Shown here: one piece after another, positions 25,293 to 34,582 of the stretch
Layout of the letters: every line of letters begins with the position of its first letter
Position numbering within the stretch: the stretch's first letter is position 1
Assembly (NCBI GenBank): GCA_022601445.1
Contig: JAJACP010000005.1
Span: 21,806-85,805, forward strand
Reading direction: 5' to 3'
Source: Chlamydiales bacterium
Lineage (GTDB): Bacteria; Chlamydiota; Chlamydiia; Chlamydiales; JAAKFR01
DNA: 64,000 nucleotides
The notes under the pieces: generated by a model
What the model saw: only the letters and a program-made list of their open reading frames with translations
The model's database searches: none
Told to the model about the DNA's origin: nothing
Made by a program: the position numbers and the translations under genes

Positions 25293-26189
25293 ATGTTAAA
25301 AATTGACCTGAAAGGAAAAAGAGCCTTTATTGCCGGAATCGGTGACGACCAAGGATTTGGATGGGCGATTGCCAAAGCTTTAGCCGAAGCGGGTGCTGAG
25401 ATTATTGTGGGAACGTGGACTCCCATTCTGAAAATATTCACCACGTCTCTACAGGCTGGGAAATTTGATGCCTCCCGCACCTTAAGCGATGGCTCGCTCA
25501 TGCACTTTGCCAAAGTCTATCCTCTTGACGCTGCCTATGATGATCAAGATGCGGTCCCTGAGGAGATTAAAGAGAACAAGCGTTACAAAAATGTGGGGGG
25601 CTACACTATTTCTGAGGTAGCGGAAGCTGTCAAAAAAGACTTTGGAGAGATCGACTATCTTGTTCATTCACTTGCTAACGCACCTGAGGTAAAAAAACCT
25701 CTTCTTGAGACAAGCCGTGCCGGCTATCTCTCTGCCATGAGCTCTTCTTCTTACTCATTTATCAGCCTGCTTGCCCATTTTGGTCCGCTGATGCGCTCAG
25801 GTGGCGCGACTCTCTCTTTAACCTACATGGCCTCAGAAAGAGCTGTTCCTGGATACGGTGGCGGCATGAGCTCTGCTAAGGCAGCTCTTGAGAGCGATAC
25901 ACGCACCTTAGCTTTTGAAGCGGGACGGAAGTGGAATGTTCGGGTCAATGTGATCTCAGCAGGGGCGCTTCCGAGTCGCGCTGCGCGCGCCATTGGGTTT
26001 ATTGACCGCATGCTCCGGTATGCCGAAAAAGGGGCTCCTCTTTGTAAACCTCTTCAAGCCGCTGAAGTGGGGAACAGCGCGGCATTTCTGCTTTCGGATC
26101 TCGCCTCTGCGGTGACTGGTGCGACGCTTTATGTCGATAATGGGATGCATGCAATGGGTGTGGGACCTGAAATCTTAGAAGCTGAGTAG
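25293..26189 (+). CDS. fabI: enoyl-[acyl-carrier-protein] reductase (NADH), plant/chlamydial type
   Basis: [45 protein letters not shown] (Tyr/Lys catalytic pair) and VNVISAGAL. Confidence 0.9.
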   Translation: MLKIDLKGKRAFIAGIGDDQGFGWAIAKALAEAGAEIIVGTWTPILKIFTTSLQAGKFDASRTLSDGSLMHFAKVYPLDAAYDDQDAVPEEIKENKRYKNVGGYTISEVAEAVKKDFGEIDYLVHSLANAPEVKKPLLETSRAGYLSAMSSSSYSFISLLAHFGPLMRSGGATLSLTYMASERAVPGYGGGMSSAKAALESDTRTLAFEAGRKWNVRVNVISAGALPSRAARAIGFIDRMLRYAEKGAPLCKPLQAAEVGNSAAFLLSDLASAVTGATLYVDNGMHAMGVGPEILEAE

Positions 26190-26252
26190 CACCATAGAAT
26201 GGTTGTGTTGCCCAAATCCTATAATGGATACTGTTGTTTTTTATATTAACGA

Positions 26253-26517
26253 AACCACAGAGATCACAGAGCACACAGAGAGAAGATGTTAAAACTAAGC
26301 CCTCTTCTACTTAAGTTTAATAAATAGGTTGGACAGAACTGCTGAAACAAGGAGCTCGGTCACTTGTTGCGGCCAGCCCCGTAGGGGCTTTTCTTCAAAG
26401 AGAAGAGGGGTTTGCTCAAGTTTACTTGGACAACCCCTCTTCTCTTTGAAGAAGCGTCACATATGTGACGCATGGCCGCAACTTCTTATCTCCGTGTGCT
26501 CTGTGATCTCTGTGGTT
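26253..26517. repeat. ~265-bp nested inverted-repeat structure
   Basis: A perfect 24-bp outer inverted repeat aaccacagagatcacagagcacac (26253-26276 / 26494-26517). An inner closing stem ttgcggcca/tggccgcaa (26367-26375 / 26473-26481) encloses three abutting hairpins: 26375-26389, a 20-bp stem 26391-26410/26434-26453, and an 18-nt palindrome 26454-26471. A T-run follows at 26518-26525. Confidence 0.75.
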
Positions 26518-26731
26518 ATTTTTTAGGTCCAATTCATCAACAAGATGATTTACCAATGACAAAGGTTATGCAACACACTCATCAGGTTCCAGCATGAGCC
26601 AAACAAAGAGAAGATATTGACTTTGCAATAGGCACATGCAAAGGATGAGCTTTTTGAGTCTGTAGATGAGTTCATTGCTTAAATAAGCTGAATTTCCTAT
26701 CCTTAGGGGATGAAACAGAGCGTTAAATGTC

Positions 26732-28921
26732 ATGGATGATCTCTCTTCTGATACAGACGAGTCGATAGAAGAAGAGGATCTCAACGAACTTCGCTTCTCC
26801 CGGACCCAGAGCTACTTCGATAAAAGCTTTGCCATACGCCTTCTGATCGGAGGTCTTTTTACTCTCTTCCTCTTTCTTTTTCTCCATTTTCGTGAGACCT
26901 ATATCGAAAAATTGGAACTCGGTGGCGAGGCTAATCGCTATGTGGTCGCTCAAATCGATTTTGCCTTCCCGGACGAAGAGGCCACCATCATCCTCAAACA
27001 AGAGGCTGCCCATGAAATCGGCACGATTTATCGTATTAAAGATGATGAAATCCATACAAAGGTGACCGATTTTCAAAAATACATTACCCGCGACGAGGTG
27101 GGGAATGAAAAGTGGGAAAAACTGAGTCAAGAAAATGCCTTTGATGATATTGCGCTTGCTCTCAGTCTTTTAGCCGATGGACTCTCACAAAAGCGCTTTA
27201 CCGATGTCAAAACACTTCAACAAATTGACGATCTTCCGCAAGACGAGTTGCCCATCACACGGTCTGATTTCTACGCCTACTTTCCTGTAGATAATCGAGG
27301 ACGTCTCCCGATCCTTTTCTGGACGGGCTTTGGAAAGCATCTCTTCTCCAATGTGGAGATTCCCGCGCCCATCGCCCAGTTCATTCTCCATTACTTTGAA
27401 CCAATCACGTGGAATTATGAGGTCGATCAAGGGATCGAGTACACTCTCCGTAAACTGGCCCAAAATAAAATTCCCGAAAAGTTCACCCGCATCCGCTCAG
27501 GAGACCGACTGATCGACAAAGGAGAAAAAGTCACGACTCGCCACATCTCCATGCTGCAGTCAATGAAAGAAGGGCTCAGCCACAAGAGAAATCTACTCGA
27601 TCCTTTTACCGTCGCAGGTTCTTTGCTGATGACGCTGATTTTTGTGGGGATTTCGGCAGTTTATCTTTCTGAAAATCATCGGGATATTTTTCACTCGAAT
27701 CGAAAGCTGGCGCTTCTTGGCACGATTCTAACTCTCTCTCTTGTGTTGGCTAAAGGGGTGGAGCTTCTTTTGATTCAAACCTCTTCAAACCTCATCGACT
27801 TAGTCCGCTTTCCACTCTTTGTTCCGTTTGCGGCAATTCTCTTGACGAGCTTGATGAATGTCCGCATTGGTGCGTTTGCCTCTGTCTTTTTGGCCATTGT
27901 GTATGTGATGGCTCTTGCAGTTGAGAGCATTCCCTTCTTGGTGATCAATTTGATCACAGCCATGGTTGTGATCTTAACGGCGCGTAGAATTCGCCGGCGG
28001 AAGGAGGTGTTTGTTGTCTGTGCCAAGGCGTGGCTGGCTAGCATACTGGTGATATTAGCGTTTAATTTGTACGAAAATACAGCCTTTACGATCAGTTTTG
28101 TGAGCGATCTCACCAGCACATTTTTCTTTATGGGAATGACAGCAATTTTGGTCGTGGGTTTGCTTCCTGTTTTTGAATCGACCTTCCGGATTCTGACAGA
28201 CATTACGTTAATGGAGTTCATGGATCCGAGCAACGAGCTGCTCCGGAGACTCACCATTGAGGCCCCGGGCACCTATCAGCACTCGATGGTAGTGGGCCAC
28301 CTATCAGAGGCTGCAGCCTCAGCTATTGGCGCCAATGGTCTTTTTTGTCGAGTTTCAACGCAGTATCACGACATTGGCAAACTTGCGAACCCCCAATATT
28401 TTACAGAAAATCAGCTGGGGGGAATGGATATGCATCAACTGCTGACCCCTCTTGAGTCGACGCAGGTGATCATTGCCCATGTGAGTGAAGGGGTGGCCTT
28501 AGCCAGAAAAATGGGGCTTCCGGAGCAATTTATCGATGTTATTAAAGAACACCACGGCACCACACTTGTCTATTATTTCTATCATAAGCAGTTAGAGATG
28601 CTAAGGGGAGAGAAGGGAAAAATCGATGAGAAAGATTTTCGCTATAGTGGACCCAAACCACGGTCAAAAGAGTCTACTATCATCATGATTGCGGACACCC
28701 TGGAGGCGGCCTCTCGCTGTCTCGATCTCTTCAATCAGGAAACGGTTTCTAACCTTGTGGAGACACTGATTGCACAGAAAATGGAAGATGGGCAATTTGA
28801 TGAGTCGCTTCTTACTTTCGAAGAGCTGGGGATTGTCAAAGCCACTCTTGTCAAAACTCTGCTGGCAGCCAGCCACCCTAGGGTCAAATATCCCTCGCAC
28901 CACCCCGGAGAAGAGGGGTGA
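26732..28921 (+). CDS. 7TM-receptor HD-domain phosphohydrolase (PgpH-like, candidate c-di-AMP phosphodiesterase)
   Basis: Extracytoplasmic N-terminal domain, seven predicted TM helices, then an HD domain (YQHSMVVGHLSE ... QYHDIGK ... EHHGTTLVYYFYHK). Confidence 0.8.
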   Translation: MDDLSSDTDESIEEEDLNELRFSRTQSYFDKSFAIRLLIGGLFTLFLFLFLHFRETYIEKLELGGEANRYVVAQIDFAFPDEEATIILKQEAAHEIGTIYRIKDDEIHTKVTDFQKYITRDEVGNEKWEKLSQENAFDDIALALSLLADGLSQKRFTDVKTLQQIDDLPQDELPITRSDFYAYFPVDNRGRLPILFWTGFGKHLFSNVEIPAPIAQFILHYFEPITWNYEVDQGIEYTLRKLAQNKIPEKFTRIRSGDRLIDKGEKVTTRHISMLQSMKEGLSHKRNLLDPFTVAGSLLMTLIFVGISAVYLSENHRDIFHSNRKLALLGTILTLSLVLAKGVELLLIQTSSNLIDLVRFPLFVPFAAILLTSLMNVRIGAFASVFLAIVYVMALAVESIPFLVINLITAMVVILTARRIRRRKEVFVVCAKAWLASILVILAFNLYENTAFTISFVSDLTSTFFFMGMTAILVVGLLPVFESTFRILTDITLMEFMDPSNELLRRLTIEAPGTYQHSMVVGHLSEAAASAIGANGLFCRVSTQYHDIGKLANPQYFTENQLGGMDMHQLLTPLESTQVIIAHVSEGVALARKMGLPEQFIDVIKEHHGTTLVYYFYHKQLEMLRGEKGKIDEKDFRYSGPKPRSKESTIIMIADTLEAASRCLDLFNQETVSNLVETLIAQKMEDGQFDESLLTFEELGIVKATLVKTLLAASHPRVKYPSHHPGEEG

Positions 28922-29661
28922 GGGCGCTGCTAACTGGAGCTACCTCTGGAATTGGAGAGGCGTTGGTGCCTCTTCTCCTCTCAAAGGGGTATGTACTTAT
29001 TCTTTCTGGCCGTAATGAAGCGCGCTTACAACAGCTCTCAGCATCTGTAAAGAGTCCCTATATTGTGGCAGACCTCTCTGAAAAAGAAGGACGTCAAAAA
29101 ATTATCGAGGTTATTGAGGCGCAATTACCCGATCTTTTGATCAATTGCGCAGGTTTTACTTATTATGGGGAGATGCTCAGCCGATCTGCCTCGGATCAAC
29201 TCACTATGCTTGAGGTTAATGCTGTGGCTCCTATAGAATTGACTCTCGCAGCTGCTCGTGCTCTGGTTGCAGCACAAAAAGAGGGTGTGATTCTGAATGT
29301 CTCTTCCATGGCAGGAGAGCATCCAGCGCCGGGCATGGGGCTCTATGGCCCCGCTAAAGCGTGCCTCACCCATTTTTCGCGCACGTTAAATACAGAGTTA
29401 GCCCCCAAGGGCGTGCACGTGCTGGTCAACTGTCCGGGCATGGTGGCCACCGATTTTGCGAATCGTGCAGCTGGAAAAAGGATCACTCAAAAAGGAGCTC
29501 CTCTTCTATCGCCACACTTTGTGGCCCAGGAAATCTTCAAACAAATTGAGCAGCTTAAGGAAAAACGGGTGATCAACTGGTTCTACCGTCTTGCCGCCCT
29601 CTTGGTACCTGCCGGGATTGCCAAAAAGCTGATCTGGAAAAATATACAAAAACGGTTATGA
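28918..29661 (+). CDS. short-chain dehydrogenase/reductase (SDR)
   Basis: TGATSGIGEAL cofactor motif, NCAG, YGPAKA catalytic motif. The GTG start overlaps the upstream stop by 4 nt. Confidence 0.85.
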   Translation: MRALLTGATSGIGEALVPLLLSKGYVLILSGRNEARLQQLSASVKSPYIVADLSEKEGRQKIIEVIEAQLPDLLINCAGFTYYGEMLSRSASDQLTMLEVNAVAPIELTLAAARALVAAQKEGVILNVSSMAGEHPAPGMGLYGPAKACLTHFSRTLNTELAPKGVHVLVNCPGMVATDFANRAAGKRITQKGAPLLSPHFVAQEIFKQIEQLKEKRVINWFYRLAALLVPAGIAKKLIWKNIQKRL

Positions 29662-30779
29662 CCTTTCTTCATTTCGACCTAGACCCCACTATCTTAGACG
29701 CCATCCGCGCTCTTGGATATGATAAACCCACTCCCGTCCAGGAGAGTGCTATCCCGCATATACTAGAAGGGAAAGATCTCATTGCTCTGGCTGAAACAGG
29801 ATCAGGAAAAACAGCTGCCTGCGCGATTCCTGTTTGTCACAAAGTCGATACACAGCACAAACATATCCAAGCTTTGATCGTTGTTCCTACACGTGAATTG
29901 GCCCTTCAGTATGCAACAGAAACCCAAAAGATTGGCCGGGTGAAGCAGGTGAAAGCTTTCGCTCTTTTTGGTGGCGAGGATATGGAAATGCAGCGGGCCA
30001 AGCTAAAAGGAGGCGTACAAGTCTTGATTGCCACGCCCGGCAGACTCATTGACTTTGTCTTTTCAAGGGCAATAGATCTCTCTAAAGTTGAAACGCTTGT
30101 GCTTGATGAAGCCGATCAAATGCTCGGGATGGGATTCTACGAGGATTTGGAGTTTATCATTAATTGTTTGATTCATGAGCATCAAACTCTGCTTTTTTCA
30201 GCAACAATGCCCAAGCAGATTAAAATGATTGCAAAGGATCATATGCACGATCCAGTTGAGCTCACTTTAATCAGCGACCAAACGACTCCTAAGAATCTCA
30301 AGCATCAGCTGATTTTTTGTCCCAATCCCGCACGGAAACGAGAGGATTTATTGGTTCTTCTCAAAGAGCTCAATCCGGTTCAGTGTCTCATCTTTGCCAA
30401 CTCGCGCCGCGAGGTTGAGGCCATTTACCGTGACCTCAAATCTAAAATACAGGGTGTGGACTTTCTACACGGAGGGCTGGAACAACAAACACGCTCGGTG
30501 ATCACCAATAAATTTCATAAGGGCAAAATTCGCTTTTTGGTGGCCACAGACATCGCCTCGCGTGGACTCGATTTTTCGCAAGTCACCCACGTGGTCAACT
30601 TTCATTTTCCTTTTGAAGAAGAGACGTACATGCATCGCTCAGGGCGAACCGGACGCTCGGGCCGCGAAGGGGTTTGCGTGACGCTCATCACAAAGCGAGA
30701 GCTCGGGAAAGTGAAGAGCCTGTTTAAAGTGCTCGATCGAAAACCTGAATGGCTAGGCAAAGCTCCTCCCAGAGGTTAA
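29658..30779 (+). CDS. DEAD-box ATP-dependent RNA helicase
   Basis: Q-motif region, AETGSGKT, PTRELA, DEAD, SAT and HRSGRTGR. Confidence 0.9.
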   Translation: MTFLHFDLDPTILDAIRALGYDKPTPVQESAIPHILEGKDLIALAETGSGKTAACAIPVCHKVDTQHKHIQALIVVPTRELALQYATETQKIGRVKQVKAFALFGGEDMEMQRAKLKGGVQVLIATPGRLIDFVFSRAIDLSKVETLVLDEADQMLGMGFYEDLEFIINCLIHEHQTLLFSATMPKQIKMIAKDHMHDPVELTLISDQTTPKNLKHQLIFCPNPARKREDLLVLLKELNPVQCLIFANSRREVEAIYRDLKSKIQGVDFLHGGLEQQTRSVITNKFHKGKIRFLVATDIASRGLDFSQVTHVVNFHFPFEEETYMHRSGRTGRSGREGVCVTLITKRELGKVKSLFKVLDRKPEWLGKAPPRG

Positions 30780-32525
30780 GTTCTTCTTGAGAGTTTGAAG
30801 CATCGTGTTCAGGCGCGCATCTGCCCGTTCCAGCGCTTTTTCCAAATCATGTCGATCAACATGATGATGTTTCTCCTCAACCGCGCAGTAGAGCTTGATT
30901 TTGGGCTCTGTTCCTGAGGGGCGAATGACAATTTTTGTCCCGTCATTCAGCCAAAAACGCAGAGCGTCAGACTGGGGAAGTACAAGCGTCTCTTTGACTC
31001 CCGATTCCATATGAAGCTTGGTGTGCGTGAGGTAGTCTTCCATGACAGTAGTGGGTTTGTCAGCAAGGATCGGGGGAGGGGCTTTACGTAATTGTTGCAT
31101 CATCTGTTGCATCTGATCGGCACCCTCTTTCCCCTCAAAAGTGAGCGAGAGCAGCCCCTCGCGGAAAATGCCATACTTTGTATAAATCTCGTAGAGCAGA
31201 TCAACCAGTGTTTTTCCCTCTCGCTTGAGTTGCAAAGCAGCCTCACAGACACATGTTGAGGAGATAATCGCATCTTTATCCCGTACGTGCGTGCCTAGCA
31301 GATAGCCGTATGACTCCTCGCCTCCAAAAATATAGTGGTGATTTGAGTGGTCCGCTTCCCACTGTGCGATTTTTTCTCCGATGTATTTAAACCCTGTCAG
31401 CACATCTAGACACGTTCCTCCATGATGTTCGGCAATTTTACGGAAGAGCTCAGTGGTGACAATTGTTTTGACGAACATCGCCTTAGGAGGCAGCTTGAGT
31501 CCGCGGCAAATATGCTCAAGAAGTACGCAGGCGAGCTCATTTCCATTAAAAAAGAAGGGTTTGCCTGCGTGCATCACCACCACGCCGAGCCGATCCGTAT
31601 CGGGATCGGTGCCCAAAAGAAGGTCTCCGTTCACTCGCTTCATCGTTTCAATCCCCATTTCAAGTGCAGCATGCTCTTCTGGATTAGGAGAGGAAACGGT
31701 AGGAAAGTTCCCATCAGGTGCCTCTTGCTCTTTGACGATGGTGAGGTGAGTGAAGCCCCAGTCTTTTAAGGCCGCAGGGACCATTGAGATCCCGGCGCCA
31801 TGCAAGCTTGTGTAAACCACGTGTAACTTTTTGCCGTGCGTGTGATTATCGCCCGGATGGAGCTGCCACTCATGAAGCGCTTTTAAGTAGGCTTGATCAA
31901 GTTCTTCATCCACTTCGTGAATCAAGGGATGGGAGAGGGGAGCTGTTTTGACCATTTCAGTCGAGGTGATATGATTAACTTGTTCAATAATCCCTTGATC
32001 GTGAGGAGGAAGAACCTGCCCTCCATAATCCCAGTAGACTTTGTAGCCATTGTATTGGGGGGGATTGTGTGAAGCAGTGATCATGATGCCCGCAGTCGCT
32101 TTTTTGTATAAAACGCCAAATGAGACGCTTGCCACAGGACGGAGAAAGGAGTAGAGAAAGACCTCAATGTCATTGGCAGCTAAGACTTGCGCAGCCTGCT
32201 CGGCAAATTCTCGTGAGTGATGACGGCAGTCATAGCCGATCACAACCGCGTGTCGCTCTGCTTTTGGTGTTTGCGTGGCGATGTAGTTGGCTAGCCCCTG
32301 TGTAGCAGCACGGATGTTGTAGGCATTCATCCGGTTGGTACCCGCGCCCATCACTCCACGAAGCCCTCCTGTTCCAAAAGAGAGTCTTTTGTAGAAGGCA
32401 TCAACAAGCTCTTGCGGATTGTCCCTTTGAAGGGAGCGGATCTCCTCTTTGGTCTCGGCGTCGTAGTCACCGTTCAGCCAGCTGTCGATATTTTTTTGAG
32501 TTGTTTCATCGATTGCCACTTCCAT
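30753..32525 (-). CDS. alpha-D-phosphohexomutase (phosphoglucomutase/phosphomannomutase, PgcA-like long form)
   Basis: Active-site TASHNPPQYNGYK, metal loop GTDPDTDR, sugar loop GGEESYG. Confidence 0.9.
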   Translation of the reverse strand: MEVAIDETTQKNIDSWLNGDYDAETKEEIRSLQRDNPQELVDAFYKRLSFGTGGLRGVMGAGTNRMNAYNIRAATQGLANYIATQTPKAERHAVVIGYDCRHHSREFAEQAAQVLAANDIEVFLYSFLRPVASVSFGVLYKKATAGIMITASHNPPQYNGYKVYWDYGGQVLPPHDQGIIEQVNHITSTEMVKTAPLSHPLIHEVDEELDQAYLKALHEWQLHPGDNHTHGKKLHVVYTSLHGAGISMVPAALKDWGFTHLTIVKEQEAPDGNFPTVSSPNPEEHAALEMGIETMKRVNGDLLLGTDPDTDRLGVVVMHAGKPFFFNGNELACVLLEHICRGLKLPPKAMFVKTIVTTELFRKIAEHHGGTCLDVLTGFKYIGEKIAQWEADHSNHHYIFGGEESYGYLLGTHVRDKDAIISSTCVCEAALQLKREGKTLVDLLYEIYTKYGIFREGLLSLTFEGKEGADQMQQMMQQLRKAPPPILADKPTTVMEDYLTHTKLHMESGVKETLVLPQSDALRFWLNDGTKIVIRPSGTEPKIKLYCAVEEKHHHVDRHDLEKALERADARLNTMLQTLKKNLTSGRSFA

Positions 32526-32551
32526 TGCGCTCCCCTTGTCTTAACTTCATA

Positions 32552-32986
32552 CTAGCTATTGTCTGCATTACGGCCAATTTGAATCAGCAGTTGCGCTTCG
32601 ATGGTCTCGGAGCTCACCACTTTTGCATCGGGTTGAATGCCTTCACAAGAGCGAGCTGTCTGCTCCCAGCTAGCCTCGGATTGGATGTTTTCGGGCCACC
32701 AGGGGAACGTGCGGCATTGAGTAGGACGAGCGCCATACACTTGGCACTTCTTGTCTTTAAGAAAGACGCAGTCATAGGTTTGTTTGGATTCCAGAAGGGA
32801 GTAGCGACTGCCGACTCGACGCGTATATTTTCGCTTAAAGTCGCTGAGTGAGAGGTTGAGGAAAGCAGCCATTGCTTCCATCTCCTGGGTGTTCACCCAC
32901 ACGTAGCCAGGAGCGCCAGTGCAACACTTGCCACACTCGGTGCACGAAAATTTCAATCCCTTTTCGTACCAACTACTCTTCTTCAT
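32552..32986 (-). CDS. YkgJ-family Cys-cluster protein (UPF0153, CxxCxxCC)
   Basis: FSCTECGKCCTG motif plus further Cys residues downstream. Start taken at MKKSSWYEKG (ATG 32986); the longer ORF reaches 33046. Confidence 0.7.
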   Translation of the reverse strand: MKKSSWYEKGLKFSCTECGKCCTGAPGYVWVNTQEMEAMAAFLNLSLSDFKRKYTRRVGSRYSLLESKQTYDCVFLKDKKCQVYGARPTQCRTFPWWPENIQSEASWEQTARSCEGIQPDAKVVSSETIEAQLLIQIGRNADNS

Positions 32987-33083
32987 CTTGCCTACGGATG
33001 ATATCACGCACGCCCGCGACGACAAATAGGGCGAGGAAGACAACACAGATCACAAAAATGACAACAGCTTCACGATCGATCAT
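32973..33083 (-). CDS. candidate 36-aa single-pass membrane peptide (below the ORF-track size cut-off)
   Basis: Translation MIDREAVVIFVICVVFLALFVVAGVRDIIRRQDEEE. Its ATG overlaps the upstream stop as ATGA, and its last 14 nt overlap the YkgJ-like start. Confidence 0.35.
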   Translation of the reverse strand: MIDREAVVIFVICVVFLALFVVAGVRDIIRRQDEEE

Positions 33084-33520
33084 TTGACTAGGATGGGGTT
33101 GTTTGAATAGTTAGCAGTAAAAACGAGTAGAAGGTAGCACTCTTGTTTGAGCGTGTCAAGATGAGAGGGCTGGGTAAAGAAAAAGCCTGCGCCCGTTTTG
33201 GAGAGCAAAAGTCCCACTTCTCTCTCTTCAATGGCAGGCGTTTGCTCTAGCTGTTCCACAACACAGTCATAAACAAGGCGGATAGGTTTTCGATCCAGCA
33301 GTCCGGCTGCAATAGGGCCAATCTTCCGCGCCATAGGGAGGAGCTCAGGCAGAGCAGCTGAGAGGTTTTCTTGGGTGAGGCCAGGTAGATCTGAGCGGTG
33401 TTTTTCTATCCGTTTCCAGATCGCCTTCATCTCTTCAACGGCAATGAGCGTCTCAAAGGAGATAAAGCCGTTGAGCTGAAAAAATTTTTTATGTTCGGGA
33501 GCCAGAATAAAGCGTGCCAT
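33080..33520 (-). CDS. hypothetical protein
   Basis: 146-aa ORF tightly packed in a minus-strand gene string. No confident motif. Confidence 0.45.
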   Translation of the reverse strand: MARFILAPEHKKFFQLNGFISFETLIAVEEMKAIWKRIEKHRSDLPGLTQENLSAALPELLPMARKIGPIAAGLLDRKPIRLVYDCVVEQLEQTPAIEEREVGLLLSKTGAGFFFTQPSHLDTLKQECYLLLVFTANYSNNPILVK

Positions 33521-33521
33521 G

Positions 33522-34220
33522 TCAGTTAAATTGGGTGCGGTAAATCATTAAGTTAGTCGATTCAAGTACACTAGGTTTTAGGGTAGGGTTGAGTACATTC
33601 CAAGGGATGTGGACACAAATAACAAAAGAGTAGAGTAGTGTATAAGGGGGCGCTTTTTCATCAGCACTCAATTGACTCCATGAACCCGTTAAAGCCCAAG
33701 AGAGGCTCCGTGTACATCCGTCAATCACCCCCAGGGGAAGAACAAAAAGAGCGCGGATCACGGTGAGCACATAAGGTTGCCAGCTGTAGGTACTCTCCTC
33801 ATAGTAGGTTCCATTGCAGTTTTCATACTCAACCACGCGGCTCTGTAGAGTGGTGGTACACGTGTCTAGGGCTTTTTGAGGACTGTAGATGGCCACAAGC
33901 CCTAAATAGGGAAGTAAAATCAACTGAAAAATGCATCCTGAAAGATCTCTCAAGGCGATATCGAATTTGAGTGTCAGAAGAGAAGAGAGAGAGCGTACGA
34001 TTTGGCGTGCCAAGGTGTTGATCAGGATCAGAGCAACGTGTAAGGGAGCGGCCGCTCTGGCCCAAATGATTTGTTTATAAGAGGGAGAAGAAAGAGGTTC
34101 GTGTGGGGTGAGCCCATACCCGTTTTTCAAGACGGTACAAAAATCTACGACTCCATCCAGTCGAGTGAGGTTGGATCCAAATGCACAACAATTGAGTCCA
34201 CTATGAGAGGCACAACACAT
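33522..34220 (-). CDS. hypothetical membrane protein
   Basis: 232-aa ORF with several hydrophobic segments and a Cys-rich N-terminus. 1-nt spacing to the downstream ORF. Confidence 0.45.
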   Translation of the reverse strand: MCCASHSGLNCCAFGSNLTRLDGVVDFCTVLKNGYGLTPHEPLSSPSYKQIIWARAAAPLHVALILINTLARQIVRSLSSLLTLKFDIALRDLSGCIFQLILLPYLGLVAIYSPQKALDTCTTTLQSRVVEYENCNGTYYEESTYSWQPYVLTVIRALFVLPLGVIDGCTRSLSWALTGSWSQLSADEKAPPYTLLYSFVICVHIPWNVLNPTLKPSVLESTNLMIYRTQFN

Positions 34221-34248
34221 GGTAGCAATTGTAGAGAAAAAGGGTGTT

Positions 34249-34518
34249 CTAGTCGAGGGGTTTGCAGGGGAGAGGACGCTCTTGTACCCGTTTCATCTCG
34301 ACTACCATGATTTCGACAGGTTCAGAACCTGGATCGAGCTTGTTTTTGCCCTTTGAGTCTTCAGGATTGAGCCAGTAGGCTTGATGGGTATCGAGACCAA
34401 TGACAACTTGGCCTCCCGGATGGATATCTAAAGGTTGATGGGGAGAAACAACCGTTTTCCAGACCTTAACTTGTTCATTTTCAAATTTTAGTTCGCGCTT
34501 TATATCTGTTTTACTCAT
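34249..34518 (-). CDS. hypothetical small protein
   Basis: 89-aa ORF in the same-strand string. No motif recognised. Confidence 0.4.
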   Translation of the reverse strand: MSKTDIKRELKFENEQVKVWKTVVSPHQPLDIHPGGQVVIGLDTHQAYWLNPEDSKGKNKLDPGSEPVEIMVVEMKRVQERPLPCKPLD

Positions 34519-34582
34519 AAAAGATGGCCTTAAAATCTCTCCAAATTTATTCTCCTATCTTCCATACCATCTTTAATGCCAA

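Noticed and set aside
26253-26285. CACAGAG-like short tandem units considered as a CRISPR or other array
   Set aside because: There are only about three irregular heptamers, with no spacers and no cas genes. They form part of a terminal inverted repeat.
26367-26481. Cloverleaf-like fold (closing stem plus three hairpins) considered as a tRNA or tRNA-like gene
   Set aside because: At about 115 nt it is too long. It lacks the GTTCRANYC T-loop, the D-loop GG and a 7-nt anticodon loop, and the middle helix is 20 bp. It is not a tRNA.
26329-26526. 65-aa plus-strand ORF downstream of fabI
   Set aside because: It lies entirely inside the nested inverted-repeat structure. Its sequence is dictated by the palindromes, and no RBS is present.
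33080-33520. 146-aa ORF whose N-terminus (FFQLNGFISFETLI) vaguely recalls phytanoyl-CoA dioxygenase-family proteins
   Set aside because: It is too short, and no HxD...H iron-binding motif is visible. It is left as hypothetical.
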